Below, piece by piece: positions 37,889 through 48,040 of a stretch of 64,000 nt of DNA. Positions within the stretch are counted from its first letter, which is position 1, and every line of letters starts with the position of its first letter. Source of the DNA: Candidatus Altiarchaeota archaeon. Lineage in GTDB: Archaea; Altiarchaeota; Altiarchaeia; IMC4; SCGC-AAA252-I15. The translations under genes were made by a program, and so were the position numbers. The DNA lies in assembly GCA_043804895.1 (NCBI GenBank), contig JAZDIN010000025.1, positions 86,762-150,761 on the forward strand, written 5' to 3'. The notes beneath the pieces were generated by a model, which had not been told where the DNA came from, did no database searches, and saw only the letters and a program-made list of their open reading frames with translations.

Positions 37889-39058
37889 TCACCTTCCTGC
37901 TATTATCTTTATCACGTCGCCGCCTTTCAGCTTATGGTCTTTCCCGACCTTCATCTTGGTTCTGCAGTCTATTGCTCCTATGAACTTGCTCCCGATGTCT
38001 GTGTGAATCTTGTACGCTAGGTCGAGTGCGGTGGAGTCCCTTGGCATCATGTAACTGTCAGGGAGCACGTTGCCTTTGCCGTCCGCTAACTTGTTCTCGT
38101 TCTCCACAGGATATACTGTGATAAGGTTCAGTGTCTCGTAGACAGCCTTGTTCAGCGTCTCTTGCGCCCCACTGGCGCCATAGACCTTCAGAATCCTCTC
38201 ATTGATAAAGTCGAGGGCCTTTCTCTTCTTCTCGTCTGGTTCTCCTTTCACTTTGAAGCTTCCGTCGCCTGGCACGTACTCTATGACTCCCCCTCTGTCT
38301 GCCTCCCTCAACGCCAGCTCAGCCTCGGCGCATACTGGCACCATATCGTATTTCTCCTTCAGCCTCTCGTAGTTCGCCTTACCCTGGTCTATCTTGTTAG
38401 CAGCGATTATTATCGGCTTAGAAATCTCCCTCAACCTTACAGCGAACCTCTCGCATTCCTCGTCAGTCCAGTCAGACTTGCCTGTAAGGTCAGACTCCTC
38501 AAGGGCCCTTTTTATATGGTACTCCGTGACCCCGAGGCCGGAGAGCACACCGACAAGCTCCTCAACCAGCTTCTTGCTCTCATACTTCACCTTGTTCTTC
38601 ACCTTAGACCAGTTTCGTTTCACGATAGCCGCGAACCACAAGTCGACCTCCTCAACGAGGAAGGCAATGTCGCTCTCAGGGTCATGACCCTCAGCGGCCT
38701 CACCAACCTCGTTAGTCTTCCCTGATATGTCCACGACGTGTATTAGGACGTCCGCCTGCCTGAGGTCGTCCAGGAACTGGTTGCCCAGGCCCTTGCCCTC
38801 ATGGGCTCCTGGCACGAGTCCTGCGACGTCTATTAGCTTCACCGGTGTGAACCTGACGCCGCTGCGGCATATGGAATTTCTCGGGTTACATCTTAGGTTG
38901 TAGTCCCTGCAAGGGCAGTTTGACCTCACATATCCCACGCCGATGTTCGCCTTTATGGTCGTGAACGGGAAATTCGCGATTTCAGCATCAGCTAATGTCA
39001 GCGCCTTAAAGAATGTGCTCTTGCCGACGTTAGGCTTGCCGACGACGCCTACTTCCAT
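37889..39058 (-). CDS. ychF: YchF/OLA1 family Obg-like ATPase
   Basis: GKPNVGKST, ANFPFTTI, DVAGLVPGA..G.GLGNQFL and a C-terminal TGS domain. Confidence 0.94.
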   Translation of the reverse strand: MEVGVVGKPNVGKSTFFKALTLADAEIANFPFTTIKANIGVGYVRSNCPCRDYNLRCNPRNSICRSGVRFTPVKLIDVAGLVPGAHEGKGLGNQFLDDLRQADVLIHVVDISGKTNEVGEAAEGHDPESDIAFLVEEVDLWFAAIVKRNWSKVKNKVKYESKKLVEELVGVLSGLGVTEYHIKRALEESDLTGKSDWTDEECERFAVRLREISKPIIIAANKIDQGKANYERLKEKYDMVPVCAEAELALREADRGGVIEYVPGDGSFKVKGEPDEKKRKALDFINERILKVYGASGAQETLNKAVYETLNLITVYPVENENKLADGKGNVLPDSYMMPRDSTALDLAYKIHTDIGSKFIGAIDCRTKMKVGKDHKLKGGDVIKIIAGR

Positions 39059-40125
39059 GTCCGATACACCACCATTATTGCGGCTCCTGCTATGAGCATT
39101 ATCGCCGCCGATATCATGAACGAGGCCATAACATCCCTCTTAGGGAGCTTAGAGTAGTAAACTCCCCCAGTTGTCGTTCCTGATGCGACGTCCCTGTCGT
39201 TCATGGAAAGTGCGCTGGCCTTGCCGTCAGTCTCATAATACCACCTTATCGTGCCGCCACTACCGTACATTGTGACTCTGTTGTCCCTGGTTGAGGCCAG
39301 TACATAATCCCCTCTCGATTCGATTGCTATGACGCTTTCCGTGGTGTTCACCCTCCACAACAGCTCTCCGTCTGGTGTGAATCTCATAAGCTGCTTTTCT
39401 CTCGTCCCAACGGTTACATTTACGTCAGCGTCGATTGCACTTATATACTCGCTCATGTTCCTCTCCCACATGACGTTGCCGTTAGGGCTATATGCGTATA
39501 CCCCCCCCTCATCCATACCGACCACTATCCTATCCCTCGTTATCGCCGAGGCTCCTATGTACCCTGATATGTCCAGGTTCCTGCGGACCTTCCCCTCATT
39601 GTCTAATATGTAGACCTGGCGGTCTGAGACTGCGACTTCCATGTCATCAAATAGGCGGACGTTCGTCACATAGCTTCCGATAAGGTGCTTCCACTTGAAC
39701 GTCCCGTTCACGTCCAGCATGTAGACGAATCCGTCCATGGACCCACAGAGTATTCCATCCTTGTTCGCGTCAATAGCGCTGTCATAGCCGACGTAACCTG
39801 GTATCCGCCTCTCCCATAACATCCTCCCAGTGCTGGTGTCTAAAAGAACCAACGCCCCGTCTGAAGAGGCTGCTATTGTGTTATTCCAGACCTTTATAGC
39901 TGTCACACTTCCGCCTGTCGGGTGAAACCACAACTGCCTCTTGTTATAGTCTATGGAATAGACTCCGTTCTCGGCACCCACTAAAATGGTGTTGTTGAGC
40001 GTCTTTATCGAGTTTACCTTGCCTGGGACATGCTGGCTCCAAAGCGGGGTCTGTTTGTAAACGCTCGTGGCACTAACAGTTTCAATGCAAATCAGTGCTA
40101 TCAGAACTAACAACCCCCTCCTCAT
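39049..40125 (-). CDS. Secreted PQQ-like beta-propeller protein with a C-terminal membrane anchor
   Basis: Signal peptide, repeated G...W blades and a C-terminal TM helix. Confidence 0.82.
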   Translation of the reverse strand: MRRGLLVLIALICIETVSATSVYKQTPLWSQHVPGKVNSIKTLNNTILVGAENGVYSIDYNKRQLWFHPTGGSVTAIKVWNNTIAASSDGALVLLDTSTGRMLWERRIPGYVGYDSAIDANKDGILCGSMDGFVYMLDVNGTFKWKHLIGSYVTNVRLFDDMEVAVSDRQVYILDNEGKVRRNLDISGYIGASAITRDRIVVGMDEGGVYAYSPNGNVMWERNMSEYISAIDADVNVTVGTREKQLMRFTPDGELLWRVNTTESVIAIESRGDYVLASTRDNRVTMYGSGGTIRWYYETDGKASALSMNDRDVASGTTTGGVYYSKLPKRDVMASFMISAAIMLIAGAAIMVVYRTWK

Positions 40126-40194
40126 GATTACCTATTTCAGTATCCTTGCTTATTACTGGAGTGGCGCAGCCTATACCCATTGTAAAATAAGGGG

Positions 40195-40220
40195 TAAGCC
40201 ACCCCCTTTAAGGTGGCTTA
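40195..40220 (-). terminator. Hairpin downstream of the pilin gene, a possible terminator or stability element
   Basis: 9-bp stem TAAGCCACC/GGTGGCTTA, followed on the minus strand by CCCCTTATTTT. Confidence 0.45.
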
Positions 40221-40232
40221 ACTGAGTGTGAC

Positions 40233-40688
40233 TCAGCAGGTCCCTTCGAGATTCTTCACGCCATCGAACTCTATCCCGTTTATCCCGTGCTGTACGTCAT
40301 CGTATGTGAACGACACCGCCAGGCTGTAGGGTCCGCTCACGCAGGCGTTAATGTCCTTAGACACCACGCTAGTCTTCCCTGGCGTGATTGTGACATTAGC
40401 CCCTCCATCTCCGATGACCGTCTGGTCGCCCACGGTCATCTGCGTCACCTTTATAGTATAATCTAGATTGTTTCTTAGTACGAAGTCAGATGATGCTCCA
40501 CTAGGTTTCATGTTCCAGTTAAGCATCCCGATGTCTGAGCCCCTCCAATAGGCCTTGGACGCCTGCGATGACGCTCCACCGCCTATGTCTATGAAGCCAC
40601 CCAAGACTGTCACCACTATCAGGGCCACTATAACGACCACTGCGAGTATGACAAGATATTCTGTTGATAACTGTCCTCTATTTTCCAT
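40233..40688 (-). CDS. Class III signal peptide pilin, candidate major pilin
   Basis: RG|QLSTEYLVILAVVVIVALIV with Glu at +5. Confidence 0.88.
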   Translation of the reverse strand: MENRGQLSTEYLVILAVVVIVALIVVTVLGGFIDIGGGASSQASKAYWRGSDIGMLNWNMKPSGASSDFVLRNNLDYTIKVTQMTVGDQTVIGDGGANVTITPGKTSVVSKDINACVSGPYSLAVSFTYDDVQHGINGIEFDGVKNLEGTC

Positions 40689-40739
40689 ATTACACCTCAT
40701 CAAACTTATTATATCCTATTAGTCTTACCCTATTAAAAC

Positions 40740-41702
40740 TCAGCTTAGAAGATGTTGTACGCCGTACCTTACGACATAGAATATCGTAAGGGTCAGCGGA
40801 ACCATCATAAAGGCGTATTTGAGGCCGTATTTCTCCTCCCCCTTCACTATCACGCCGATGAGCATGCTGGCTATGAAGGATGTGACGGTTATTGTGACCA
40901 CCGACACGTTCACGAGGAATTCCGGGCTGAAGGATTCGCTCACCATCAGTCCAAGGCCCATCTCCTCCGCTTTTTGGGTGTCGAATGCGCTTTTCATGGC
41001 ATTCAGCCTTTCAGTGAAGTGTATGCTTATGTTAAAAAGCACAGGGGCCCCAACCATTATTGTCACCAGTATGAGGACAGTGTACGTTCGAGTGCTTGAT
41101 AGGAGCTCCTTCCTGAGCATTATGTTATCGCTTATATCCCTTGCAGTGTCCTCCAGTATCCTCGCGAGGTGCCCCCCTGATTCTATGGCGCGAACGAAAA
41201 GCTTTATTGACCGCTCAAGTGCAGGGAGTTTGATGCTCCTGCTGATGTCCCTCAGAGCCTCTGAGAAGGATTCAGTTCCAAGGGCTCTCGTGGTCGCCCG
41301 ATCTATCTCATCCTTCAGTAGGCCGAATTCGTCTCTGGCGGAGAGTTTCATGGCCTGGAATGGGGTCATACCAGCGCGGATGTTGGAGCTCATAAGTTGT
41401 AGGGCGCTTGGTAGGCACTCTTCCACTGTTTCCGCTCGTTTCTCTGCTATGAAGAACGGTATAGAGTTTGCTCCGATAAGGTATATTAGGAAGGCTAGTG
41501 CTGAAAGTGTCGTGAAGATGAGCTGGTTGCCGTATCTGCCGAGTGAGAACATAACAGCCGCGACTACGATGGCGAAGAAGAGGGACTGGCCGAGCCACAC
41601 TTCTGCGTCGACCTTAAGGCCTGAGTACTTTATCATCTCCCTCATGCTCTCGACGGTCTTTCTTGGGAACAGCCTGGACAGGCTTATGAACACCCTCCTC
41701 AT
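40740..41702 (-). CDS. Type IV pilus membrane platform protein (TadC/T2SS-F)
   Basis: E..LP.AL..M.SN.RAG.TP..A and SGG.LA..L, multi-TM. Confidence 0.9.
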   Translation of the reverse strand: MRRVFISLSRLFPRKTVESMREMIKYSGLKVDAEVWLGQSLFFAIVVAAVMFSLGRYGNQLIFTTLSALAFLIYLIGANSIPFFIAEKRAETVEECLPSALQLMSSNIRAGMTPFQAMKLSARDEFGLLKDEIDRATTRALGTESFSEALRDISRSIKLPALERSIKLFVRAIESGGHLARILEDTARDISDNIMLRKELLSSTRTYTVLILVTIMVGAPVLFNISIHFTERLNAMKSAFDTQKAEEMGLGLMVSESFSPEFLVNVSVVTITVTSFIASMLIGVIVKGEEKYGLKYAFMMVPLTLTIFYVVRYGVQHLLS

Positions 41703-42586
41703 ATGTACACCACCGGTCTTCTGCTTTTTATGATCTCCATCAGGGCGAGCTGTATGGAGAAGCATACTGGGAGTATCATGTAGAAAACCCTTGGTCCGAG
41801 GTCGACTCCCATGAAGGGGCCGAGCACTATTACAAGGGTAGTGGCGATGGTTGGTATGACGACTGCGAATAGCATGTAAATCAACACCATGAGGTTAAGC
41901 TCCTGCGCATAGTTTCGTATCTTGTTCTTGCGGTCCTGTGTCATGTCCTTGACCAGTTCCCTGAGAACCCCCTCAACACTTGAACCGCTCCTCATGGAGT
42001 TCACTATCTGCCACACGCTGTTCTTGAGGTGTTCGCTCTTAGTTTTGACTGCGAGGTCCCTGAGGGCCTCTTCAACAGGGACTCCGACGTTCACCTTCCC
42101 TATCACCTTGCTGAATTCCTTGGAAACCTCACCGTAGCCTGACTCTGCCACACCGCTCAGGGCGCTGTAGATTGACGCTCCGCTTGAGACCTCAAGAAGC
42201 ATGTCCTTGAGTGCGTAGATGAGGTCGCGCTCCATAAGTTCGGCCTTCTCTCCGGCGAGAATTCTCGGGTAGGATAGGAGGACCAGTGCAAAGAGCACGG
42301 CTATGAGGCTGCCTGTTATGACTGACAGACTCACTGTCCGTTGGGTATCTGCTTTTAACATTACCAGGACGGCTGATATGAGGATCGCTGTCAGCGCGCC
42401 GGTTACGATGGAGCAGAGTATAGAGGCTGCAACGTACTCGTCCGCTTCCACCTCCAGGTTGGTTTCAGCCAGGTCGACCCTTATGCCGGGGTAGAGTTTC
42501 ACAAGTTTGCTTGTGAATCCCCTCCACCCTCGTGTCAGGGTTATGGCATTCTCGAGAGGTATGATCATCAGCGGAACGTTCCTCAT
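41699..42586 (-). CDS. Type IV pilus membrane platform protein (TadB/T2SS-F)
   Basis: L.YAL.D....V.SG, YGEVSKEF and WQIVN..RSG. Confidence 0.9.
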   Translation of the reverse strand: MRNVPLMIIPLENAITLTRGWRGFTSKLVKLYPGIRVDLAETNLEVEADEYVAASILCSIVTGALTAILISAVLVMLKADTQRTVSLSVITGSLIAVLFALVLLSYPRILAGEKAELMERDLIYALKDMLLEVSSGASIYSALSGVAESGYGEVSKEFSKVIGKVNVGVPVEEALRDLAVKTKSEHLKNSVWQIVNSMRSGSSVEGVLRELVKDMTQDRKNKIRNYAQELNLMVLIYMLFAVVIPTIATTLVIVLGPFMGVDLGPRVFYMILPVCFSIQLALMEIIKSRRPVVYI

Positions 42587-44775
42587 TTTTGTCTTACCTT
42601 CTCAAGCAGTTTTTTCGGATTCTTGTAGTACTCGTCCATGATTTCGCCGACTCCGTCAAGGTTTTTGATGTTTTTATCGACCATCCACTGGAGCACATCC
42701 TCCTTCTCCTTCAGGTCTTTTTGCATGTCCTCCCTACTCATGCCTGTGTGGAGGCTGAGTTCGTCCATTATCCTCTTGCTTTCGTTCACTTTCACGAACT
42801 GTTTTGTCCTCGAGTTCCACCTGTAGAGGTAGTTGAGCTCGAACTCCCTGCCTGTTTCGCCCGGTATGACCTCAGCCATCTCAAAGACCCTCCTGTCCCC
42901 CTTGCGCCTGTCCCTGTATACGACGAGCATCAGGTGGAGCGCCTCTATCTCGCTTGCTGGTATCTCTATCGGAGGTTCAATAAGTCTCCTTTTCAGGTTT
43001 TCGACTGTGTCAGCGTGTATCGTGGAGTAGACTGAGTGTCCGGTGTGCATCGCCTCAAACAGCACCTCGGCTTCCCTTCGTCTTCGGATTTCCCCGAAAA
43101 CTACCCTATCGGGGCGCATCCTCAAGGATGTGACTATCAGGTCTAGCATGCTTACCTCCCCCTTCCCCTCTGGGTTCGCTCCCCGTGTCGTTAGCGGCAC
43201 CCAGTTCCATCTCAGGTACTTCGGCAGGTTTAGTTCGCGGGTGTCCTCGATTGTTATAACCCGTTGTGTCGGCTGTATGAGCGAGCAGAGGCAGTTGAGC
43301 ATGCTCGTCTTCCCAGAGGCGGTCCCGCCGCCGACTATCACGTTCAGCTCATACTGGAAGCACATCCAAAGGAATGCTGCCATCTCCTTATTCAGCGTCT
43401 GGGTTTCAGGGCTTATGTAGTGGGTTATCGTCCAAGGCTGCCTCGCGAATTTCCTTATCGTTATGGTGTTGCCGAAGTTCGATATCGGGAATAATGTCGC
43501 GTTCACCCTGTCCCCGCTCAGAAGGTGGGCGTCCATTATAGGGTCAAGGTTTGTTATGTCCTTCTCCACCTTCCTGCCTATCTGTGACGCGAAGTTGTAC
43601 ACACTCCTCTCATCATCCAGGGTTATGTTAGTCTTCAGCCACCCGAACCTCTTGTGGTATACCGTCACAGGGATGTGGCTCGTGTTCACGCACACCTCCT
43701 CAAGCCAGTCATCGTACATCAGAAGCTCTATATCCCCCAGGCCGAACATGTTGTGTAGCATCATACCTGCGAGTATTTTCACGTCCTCCTGTGTAACGTC
43801 CAGGTTCTCCTTTATTATTCTCCCTGATTTGCTGTAGAACCTATCCTTCAGCTCGAGCATCCTCTTTTGGTCTGATATGTCATCAGCGCTTATTTTTATC
43901 GTGGTGCTTAGCTCTCCTGCGAATGACTTGAGCATAGCCTTCGTTCCCTCGCCGACCTTAGGGGTTTCGACATCGTAGAGCGGCATGGACTCATCCTCTA
44001 AAGAGATTATCCTCACTTTGGCAGGTACCTCGTCCGATGTTATATCATAGGAGTCCAAGACGTTGCCCTCAGTCGGCATTTCCTCGCATGTCCTCACACC
44101 CTTCTTTGCTGTAATCATCGGTGGCGCATACGGATTTGCAGGGTATTCGAGTTTCAAAAGACCTTCAAGCCTTTTCACTATCTCCTCAACACCGGCTTCA
44201 CTCAACCCAAGAACCCGTGCAGTGTCAGCGACGCTCAAGCCATTGCAGCCTTCGGCCAATTCCAAGATGTAGTCCGCGCTAGTGTGTATGACTCTACACT
44301 TCCTCCGCATCTCCATGAGCCGTTTGGTCACCCTATACTTGAGTATCTGAAGATGGTTGGCGGTTATGAGGGAATCTCTCATGAAACGCCTCCTGACCTC
44401 GACAAGTTTTTCCTTCGCAAGGTCGGATGCAAGCTCTATGACGGCCTCCTTCGAGACCTTAAGCTCTGAGGCAGCCTTCCCGACGCTCACAACGCCTTTC
44501 CTTTCAATAAGCTCGAGCATGTCATCACGGCTTGCAGTGTGTTTGGCCTTTGATGTGGAGACTAATTCAGTCTTGCCTAGGAAATGTTTTTTTATACTCA
44601 ACACCCCCTCGACATCCAGCTCCTTGGCAGCGGACACTATCTCCTTCTCGTCTGCCTTGACGCTTTCCTTGATAAAATCAATATCCCCTCTGCCCGCCTG
44701 ACCAACGACTTCGGCGAGCCTCTCCTTAACCTCCGCGGCCTTCTTAGCCTTCGCAGCCTTCTTCTTTAGACCCAT
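42583..44775 (-). CDS. Type IV pilus assembly ATPase (TadA/VirB11-like) with three N-terminal wHTH-like repeats
   Basis: GGTASGKT, ITIEDTREL, SLRMRPDR...GEIR and AMHTGH. The N-terminal ~220 aa contain three ~55-aa helical repeats. Confidence 0.92.
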   Translation of the reverse strand: MGLKKKAAKAKKAAEVKERLAEVVGQAGRGDIDFIKESVKADEKEIVSAAKELDVEGVLSIKKHFLGKTELVSTSKAKHTASRDDMLELIERKGVVSVGKAASELKVSKEAVIELASDLAKEKLVEVRRRFMRDSLITANHLQILKYRVTKRLMEMRRKCRVIHTSADYILELAEGCNGLSVADTARVLGLSEAGVEEIVKRLEGLLKLEYPANPYAPPMITAKKGVRTCEEMPTEGNVLDSYDITSDEVPAKVRIISLEDESMPLYDVETPKVGEGTKAMLKSFAGELSTTIKISADDISDQKRMLELKDRFYSKSGRIIKENLDVTQEDVKILAGMMLHNMFGLGDIELLMYDDWLEEVCVNTSHIPVTVYHKRFGWLKTNITLDDERSVYNFASQIGRKVEKDITNLDPIMDAHLLSGDRVNATLFPISNFGNTITIRKFARQPWTITHYISPETQTLNKEMAAFLWMCFQYELNVIVGGGTASGKTSMLNCLCSLIQPTQRVITIEDTRELNLPKYLRWNWVPLTTRGANPEGKGEVSMLDLIVTSLRMRPDRVVFGEIRRRREAEVLFEAMHTGHSVYSTIHADTVENLKRRLIEPPIEIPASEIEALHLMLVVYRDRRKGDRRVFEMAEVIPGETGREFELNYLYRWNSRTKQFVKVNESKRIMDELSLHTGMSREDMQKDLKEKEDVLQWMVDKNIKNLDGVGEIMDEYYKNPKKLLEKVRQK

Positions 44776-44957
44776 TACTCTACACCGTATCTGTCAAGCA
44801 CCTTTCGGTACAGTTCGTAATCCTTTGTCTTTGAGAACATGTCCACGACGTTTGCTGGCAGTTCTCCCAGGAGTTCATCCACTATGGCCAGCACTCTCTT
44901 CACGTCTTGGTCGATCGGTTTTTCGCCGAGAAATGCTTTCACGCCTTTATTTTCCAT
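44775..44957 (-). CDS. Small helical protein, translationally coupled within the pilus operon
   Basis: 60-aa ORF overlapping both neighbours; amphipathic DVKRVLAIVDELLGELP...DYELYRKVL. Confidence 0.7.
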   Translation of the reverse strand: MENKGVKAFLGEKPIDQDVKRVLAIVDELLGELPANVVDMFSKTKDYELYRKVLDRYGVE

Positions 44958-45900
44958 CTGACGCCACCCCCTCGCTTAATCTAGTGTATGACTTCGCGCT
45001 GTCCGAGTCTGCGCGGTAGTGTATGATTGGAGTCCCATGTGATGATGCCTCACTTAATGTTGCGTCTCTGTTAATCATTGTGTCGTATAATATGTCGCCG
45101 TACGTTTCCCTTATACTCTTGGCAGTCTCCACACATAGCTCGTTCCCCGCCTCGTAGCTTGTTATGAGTATCCCCTCAACGTAAAGTTTTTTGTTGACTT
45201 CCGCAAGGAGTTTCATAGTCTCCATCAGCTTCTCAATGCTCTTCAGCGCGAACTGGTCGCACTGCACTGGGACTATTATAGAGTCTGCGGCTGCGAGGGC
45301 GTTCATGGAAAGCAGGCTCAGCGAAGGAGGGCAGTCAACGACTATGAACCTGTATGTATCCTTCAACTCATCAACAACCTCCTTCAGCCTGTAAACTCCC
45401 TCAGTGCCCATTAACTCAACCTCTGCTCCTGCGAGATTAAGCTCAGAAGGTATCAAATCTAGATTTGGGTATTTGGTGTTGTAGACTGCGTCCTTCACAG
45501 TCACCGAACCAACCAATACGCCGTACACTGTGGCCTTAGGTTCCACACCAAGGACCGATGTGGCGTTAGCCTGCGGGTCTAAGTCAACTATTAGGGTCCT
45601 GTGGCCTGCCTGCGCAAGGCATGCTGAGAGGTTCACTGTCGTTATCGTCTTGCCAACGCCGCCTTTCAGGTTGATTACAGCTATTGTCTTGCATTTGCTC
45701 CTAGGGCAGTCGCTTCTAATCTTTAGAATCCTATGTTCGCGGAAAAGCGGCTTTCTGATTCTGACGCAGCCTTTCCTCTGGAGCCTAAGTGCGACCTCAA
45801 GTATCCTGGCATTATCCCTGACCTTCAAGGCCTTCGCCAGTTCGCTGACCTTAACCTCCCCCTCAGGGAGCGCCTTAAACAGGTTAACCTCAGAAAGCAT
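44947..45900 (-). CDS. ParA/Soj family ATPase with an N-terminal wHTH-like domain
   Basis: Deviant Walker A KGGVGKT, DLDPQANAT, IVVDCPPSL and LSEA.S.G. Confidence 0.92.
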   Translation of the reverse strand: MLSEVNLFKALPEGEVKVSELAKALKVRDNARILEVALRLQRKGCVRIRKPLFREHRILKIRSDCPRSKCKTIAVINLKGGVGKTITTVNLSACLAQAGHRTLIVDLDPQANATSVLGVEPKATVYGVLVGSVTVKDAVYNTKYPNLDLIPSELNLAGAEVELMGTEGVYRLKEVVDELKDTYRFIVVDCPPSLSLLSMNALAAADSIIVPVQCDQFALKSIEKLMETMKLLAEVNKKLYVEGILITSYEAGNELCVETAKSIRETYGDILYDTMINRDATLSEASSHGTPIIHYRADSDSAKSYTRLSEGVASDGK

Positions 45901-45940
45901 TTTAACCTATTATTCCATCTGGCCGTATATTAATTCCCTA

Positions 45941-47128
45941 TCAGAGTAGTCTGCTGCAGCAGCAGGTGTCCTCGCTGGGTCCTCCGGTGCAGTACACGTC
46001 CCCTTCTGCCTCGTGTGTTTCGTTGATTGTGCACTGTTGCTGATTCTGCCTGCAAGTCCCTCCCAAGTAGCCTTGGCCTATGCAGTAGCCGTTGCACGTC
46101 ATGGTGGTGGTCGTCGTTGTGCTGGTCGAAGTTGTCGTGGTGGTCGTACTAGCCGTCGTGGTTGTCGTGGTGGTTGTTGTTGTGCTCGTGCTTGTCGTCG
46201 TAGTTCCTGTGCTGCCGGTAGTCGTAGTTGTGCTGGTGGTTGTCGTGATTGTCGTTCCAGTCGTGCTCGTCGTCGTTGACGTCGTTTCAGGTGGTGAGGA
46301 TTCAGCCTCCTCACTTGTCGGGGGCGTCAGCCATATGTTATCCTCTCTGTCGATTGTGTCTCCCACGCTGACCACCGCGTTGGTTCTCACGCCGACAGAG
46401 TCTCCAGCACCAAGCCTTACAGTCGTTTCGATGTCGGGCGTGATGTTACCTGCTATTTTCACTACAATTGAGCCATTTCTCTCCACACCGTCTATCGTGT
46501 TGTTGCCCAACTTGATAGTCACCTTAGAGTCCTGGAGGTTCACCTCCAAGGTCGACAGCATTGAACGCGACACCGCATACTCCCTGTAGTAGCCGCCGTT
46601 AGGGAATGTCGCATTCAGCCTAACATTCAGGCTTCCGGCTGCAGTATCCTCTGTCACGTTCACGAAGTTCTTGTCAGCTGATATTAGGAGGTCGTAGCCT
46701 TCTACTCCAAGAGCATCTCCGGATGCATTATACACCCTAATCTCCCCCTTTTCGTACGTGGGGTAGCCGTAGACGAGGCCTGTCGGGGGCATGCTGAAGT
46801 ATGAGTCTCCGATGTCAAGCTTCACCTCCGAATTTAATCTATCAGAATACGCTTCCACAAAGTCCTTGTACCTTGATGTCAACGCAATACCGTCCTCAAG
46901 AGGGAACCGGTCCAGAAACAGGACCTCCCTCCCACTAGGGCCTTCACTCACCCGCGCCTCCACACCCCACAGGGTCTCCAAGTCAGTGCGTATGTCATCG
47001 AATATGCCCCTCGTCTTCTCAGAGTTGATATCTGCCCGCTGGGTCTGGGTGGCATAGAATTCGGCTAGTGTCAGCACTGTGAGGGCCATCATCAGCGTCA
47101 TTATAGAGAATATTATCCCCTTCCTCAC
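45941..47128 (-). CDS. Pilin-like protein with a Thr-rich stalk and Cys-rich C-terminal domain
   Basis: GTG start overlaps the upstream stop; RKG|IIFSIMTLMMAL; ~60-aa Thr tract; 8-Cys tail ending TCCC. Confidence 0.78.
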   Translation of the reverse strand: MRKGIIFSIMTLMMALTVLTLAEFYATQTQRADINSEKTRGIFDDIRTDLETLWGVEARVSEGPSGREVLFLDRFPLEDGIALTSRYKDFVEAYSDRLNSEVKLDIGDSYFSMPPTGLVYGYPTYEKGEIRVYNASGDALGVEGYDLLISADKNFVNVTEDTAAGSLNVRLNATFPNGGYYREYAVSRSMLSTLEVNLQDSKVTIKLGNNTIDGVERNGSIVVKIAGNITPDIETTVRLGAGDSVGVRTNAVVSVGDTIDREDNIWLTPPTSEEAESSPPETTSTTTSTTGTTITTTTSTTTTTGSTGTTTTSTSTTTTTTTTTTASTTTTTTSTSTTTTTTMTCNGYCIGQGYLGGTCRQNQQQCTINETHEAEGDVYCTGGPSEDTCCCSRLL

Positions 47129-47511
47129 TTCAACCACACTCGCATCTGAGCTGAATAGAATTTTGAATCTGAGATGAAAGTCCGTCTGCCTACGGTGTAG
47201 AAGTCGGTTACCTCGCACTCGGTCTCGTCTGTGTAGACTAGGTTGTCGGTCTCGTTCATGACGTTAAGCTGCAGGCACACGTTTTGGGGGGCGTTCGACT
47301 TAAGATTCTCCCACCCTGCCAAGTCGTTCCTGACTATCCTGTCCAAGGTTCGGGTCTCCTCAGCCACAGCGAGCAAATCCCCTGTAAGCTGGTACAGATG
47401 CTCCCTCGTCTCATGCCCCTTAGGCTCCAACAACATGTACATTGCCGTGGCCAGCACTAACGTCGTTATCACAACCGCCATAGTCGCATCCAACGTGAAC
47501 AAGCCTGTCAT
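47125..47511 (-). CDS. Minor pilin-like protein
   Basis: G|LFTLDATMAVVI, class III-like with Asp at +5. Confidence 0.75.
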   Translation of the reverse strand: MTGLFTLDATMAVVITTLVLATAMYMLLEPKGHETREHLYQLTGDLLAVAEETRTLDRIVRNDLAGWENLKSNAPQNVCLQLNVMNETDNLVYTDETECEVTDFYTVGRRTFISDSKFYSAQMRVWLK

Positions 47512-47512
47512 A

Positions 47513-48040
47513 TCACACCGTCATATACGTTTCGTTAGCGTAATAAAGTGAGACGCTCACCTCAGCCATGCTGCCGTTCAAGACTGCATACCTACTCAAC
47601 GTCGACCTACCACCCTCCGGAGGCCGTCCCATCGCATACAATGGAGTCTTGTTTCCAGACTCCAAGTCCTTGATTGTTATGTAAACATCCTCCTTACTCA
47701 GCCCTAAAATGGCCCTTAACGATTCATACTCCAGCGTTGATGCCCTCTGCATCTTCGCTGGGTCCAGCACGTTATCCTTAAGAGCGAATCCTATGCTCCT
47801 GACTGTGTCGGGGTTGACTTCGCCCATATCATGCCAGTTTTGCGGGTCCCCCGGAGTCTTCACCAGAAGCTCCGAGACGTCAAGGAGTCTGTCATCCAAT
47901 GTCCTCTTATCCTGGAATAGCCCAAGCTTTGTTATCGCACTAGTCCACACCTCCCAAACTGAAACCAATATGAACACAACCAGCATGAATGCCACCACAA
48001 GGTCGAGTCCTGACGTCTGCCCCCTACTCCTCATTTTCAA
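47513..48040 (-). CDS. Minor pilin-like protein
   Basis: RG|QTSGLDLVVAFMLVV and LVKTPGDP.NW. Confidence 0.8.
   Translation of the reverse strand: MKMRSRGQTSGLDLVVAFMLVVFILVSVWEVWTSAITKLGLFQDKRTLDDRLLDVSELLVKTPGDPQNWHDMGEVNPDTVRSIGFALKDNVLDPAKMQRASTLEYESLRAILGLSKEDVYITIKDLESGNKTPLYAMGRPPEGGRSTLSRYAVLNGSMAEVSVSLYYANETYMTV

Noticed and set aside
40819-41733. 304-aa ORF on the + strand, and similar long antisense ORFs elsewhere
   Set aside because: It lies fully antisense to a well-supported TadC-like gene and has no recognisable motifs.
46100-46280. Repetitive GTC/GTT/GTG tracts as a possible CRISPR or satellite array
   Set aside because: There is no repeat-spacer periodicity; poly-Thr coding explains them. 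No CRISPR array or cas gene was seen in the window.
46092-46589. Val-rich ORFs on the + strand (also 48858-49550) that look like membrane proteins
   Set aside because: They are antisense shadows of the Thr-codon tracts in the pilin-like genes.
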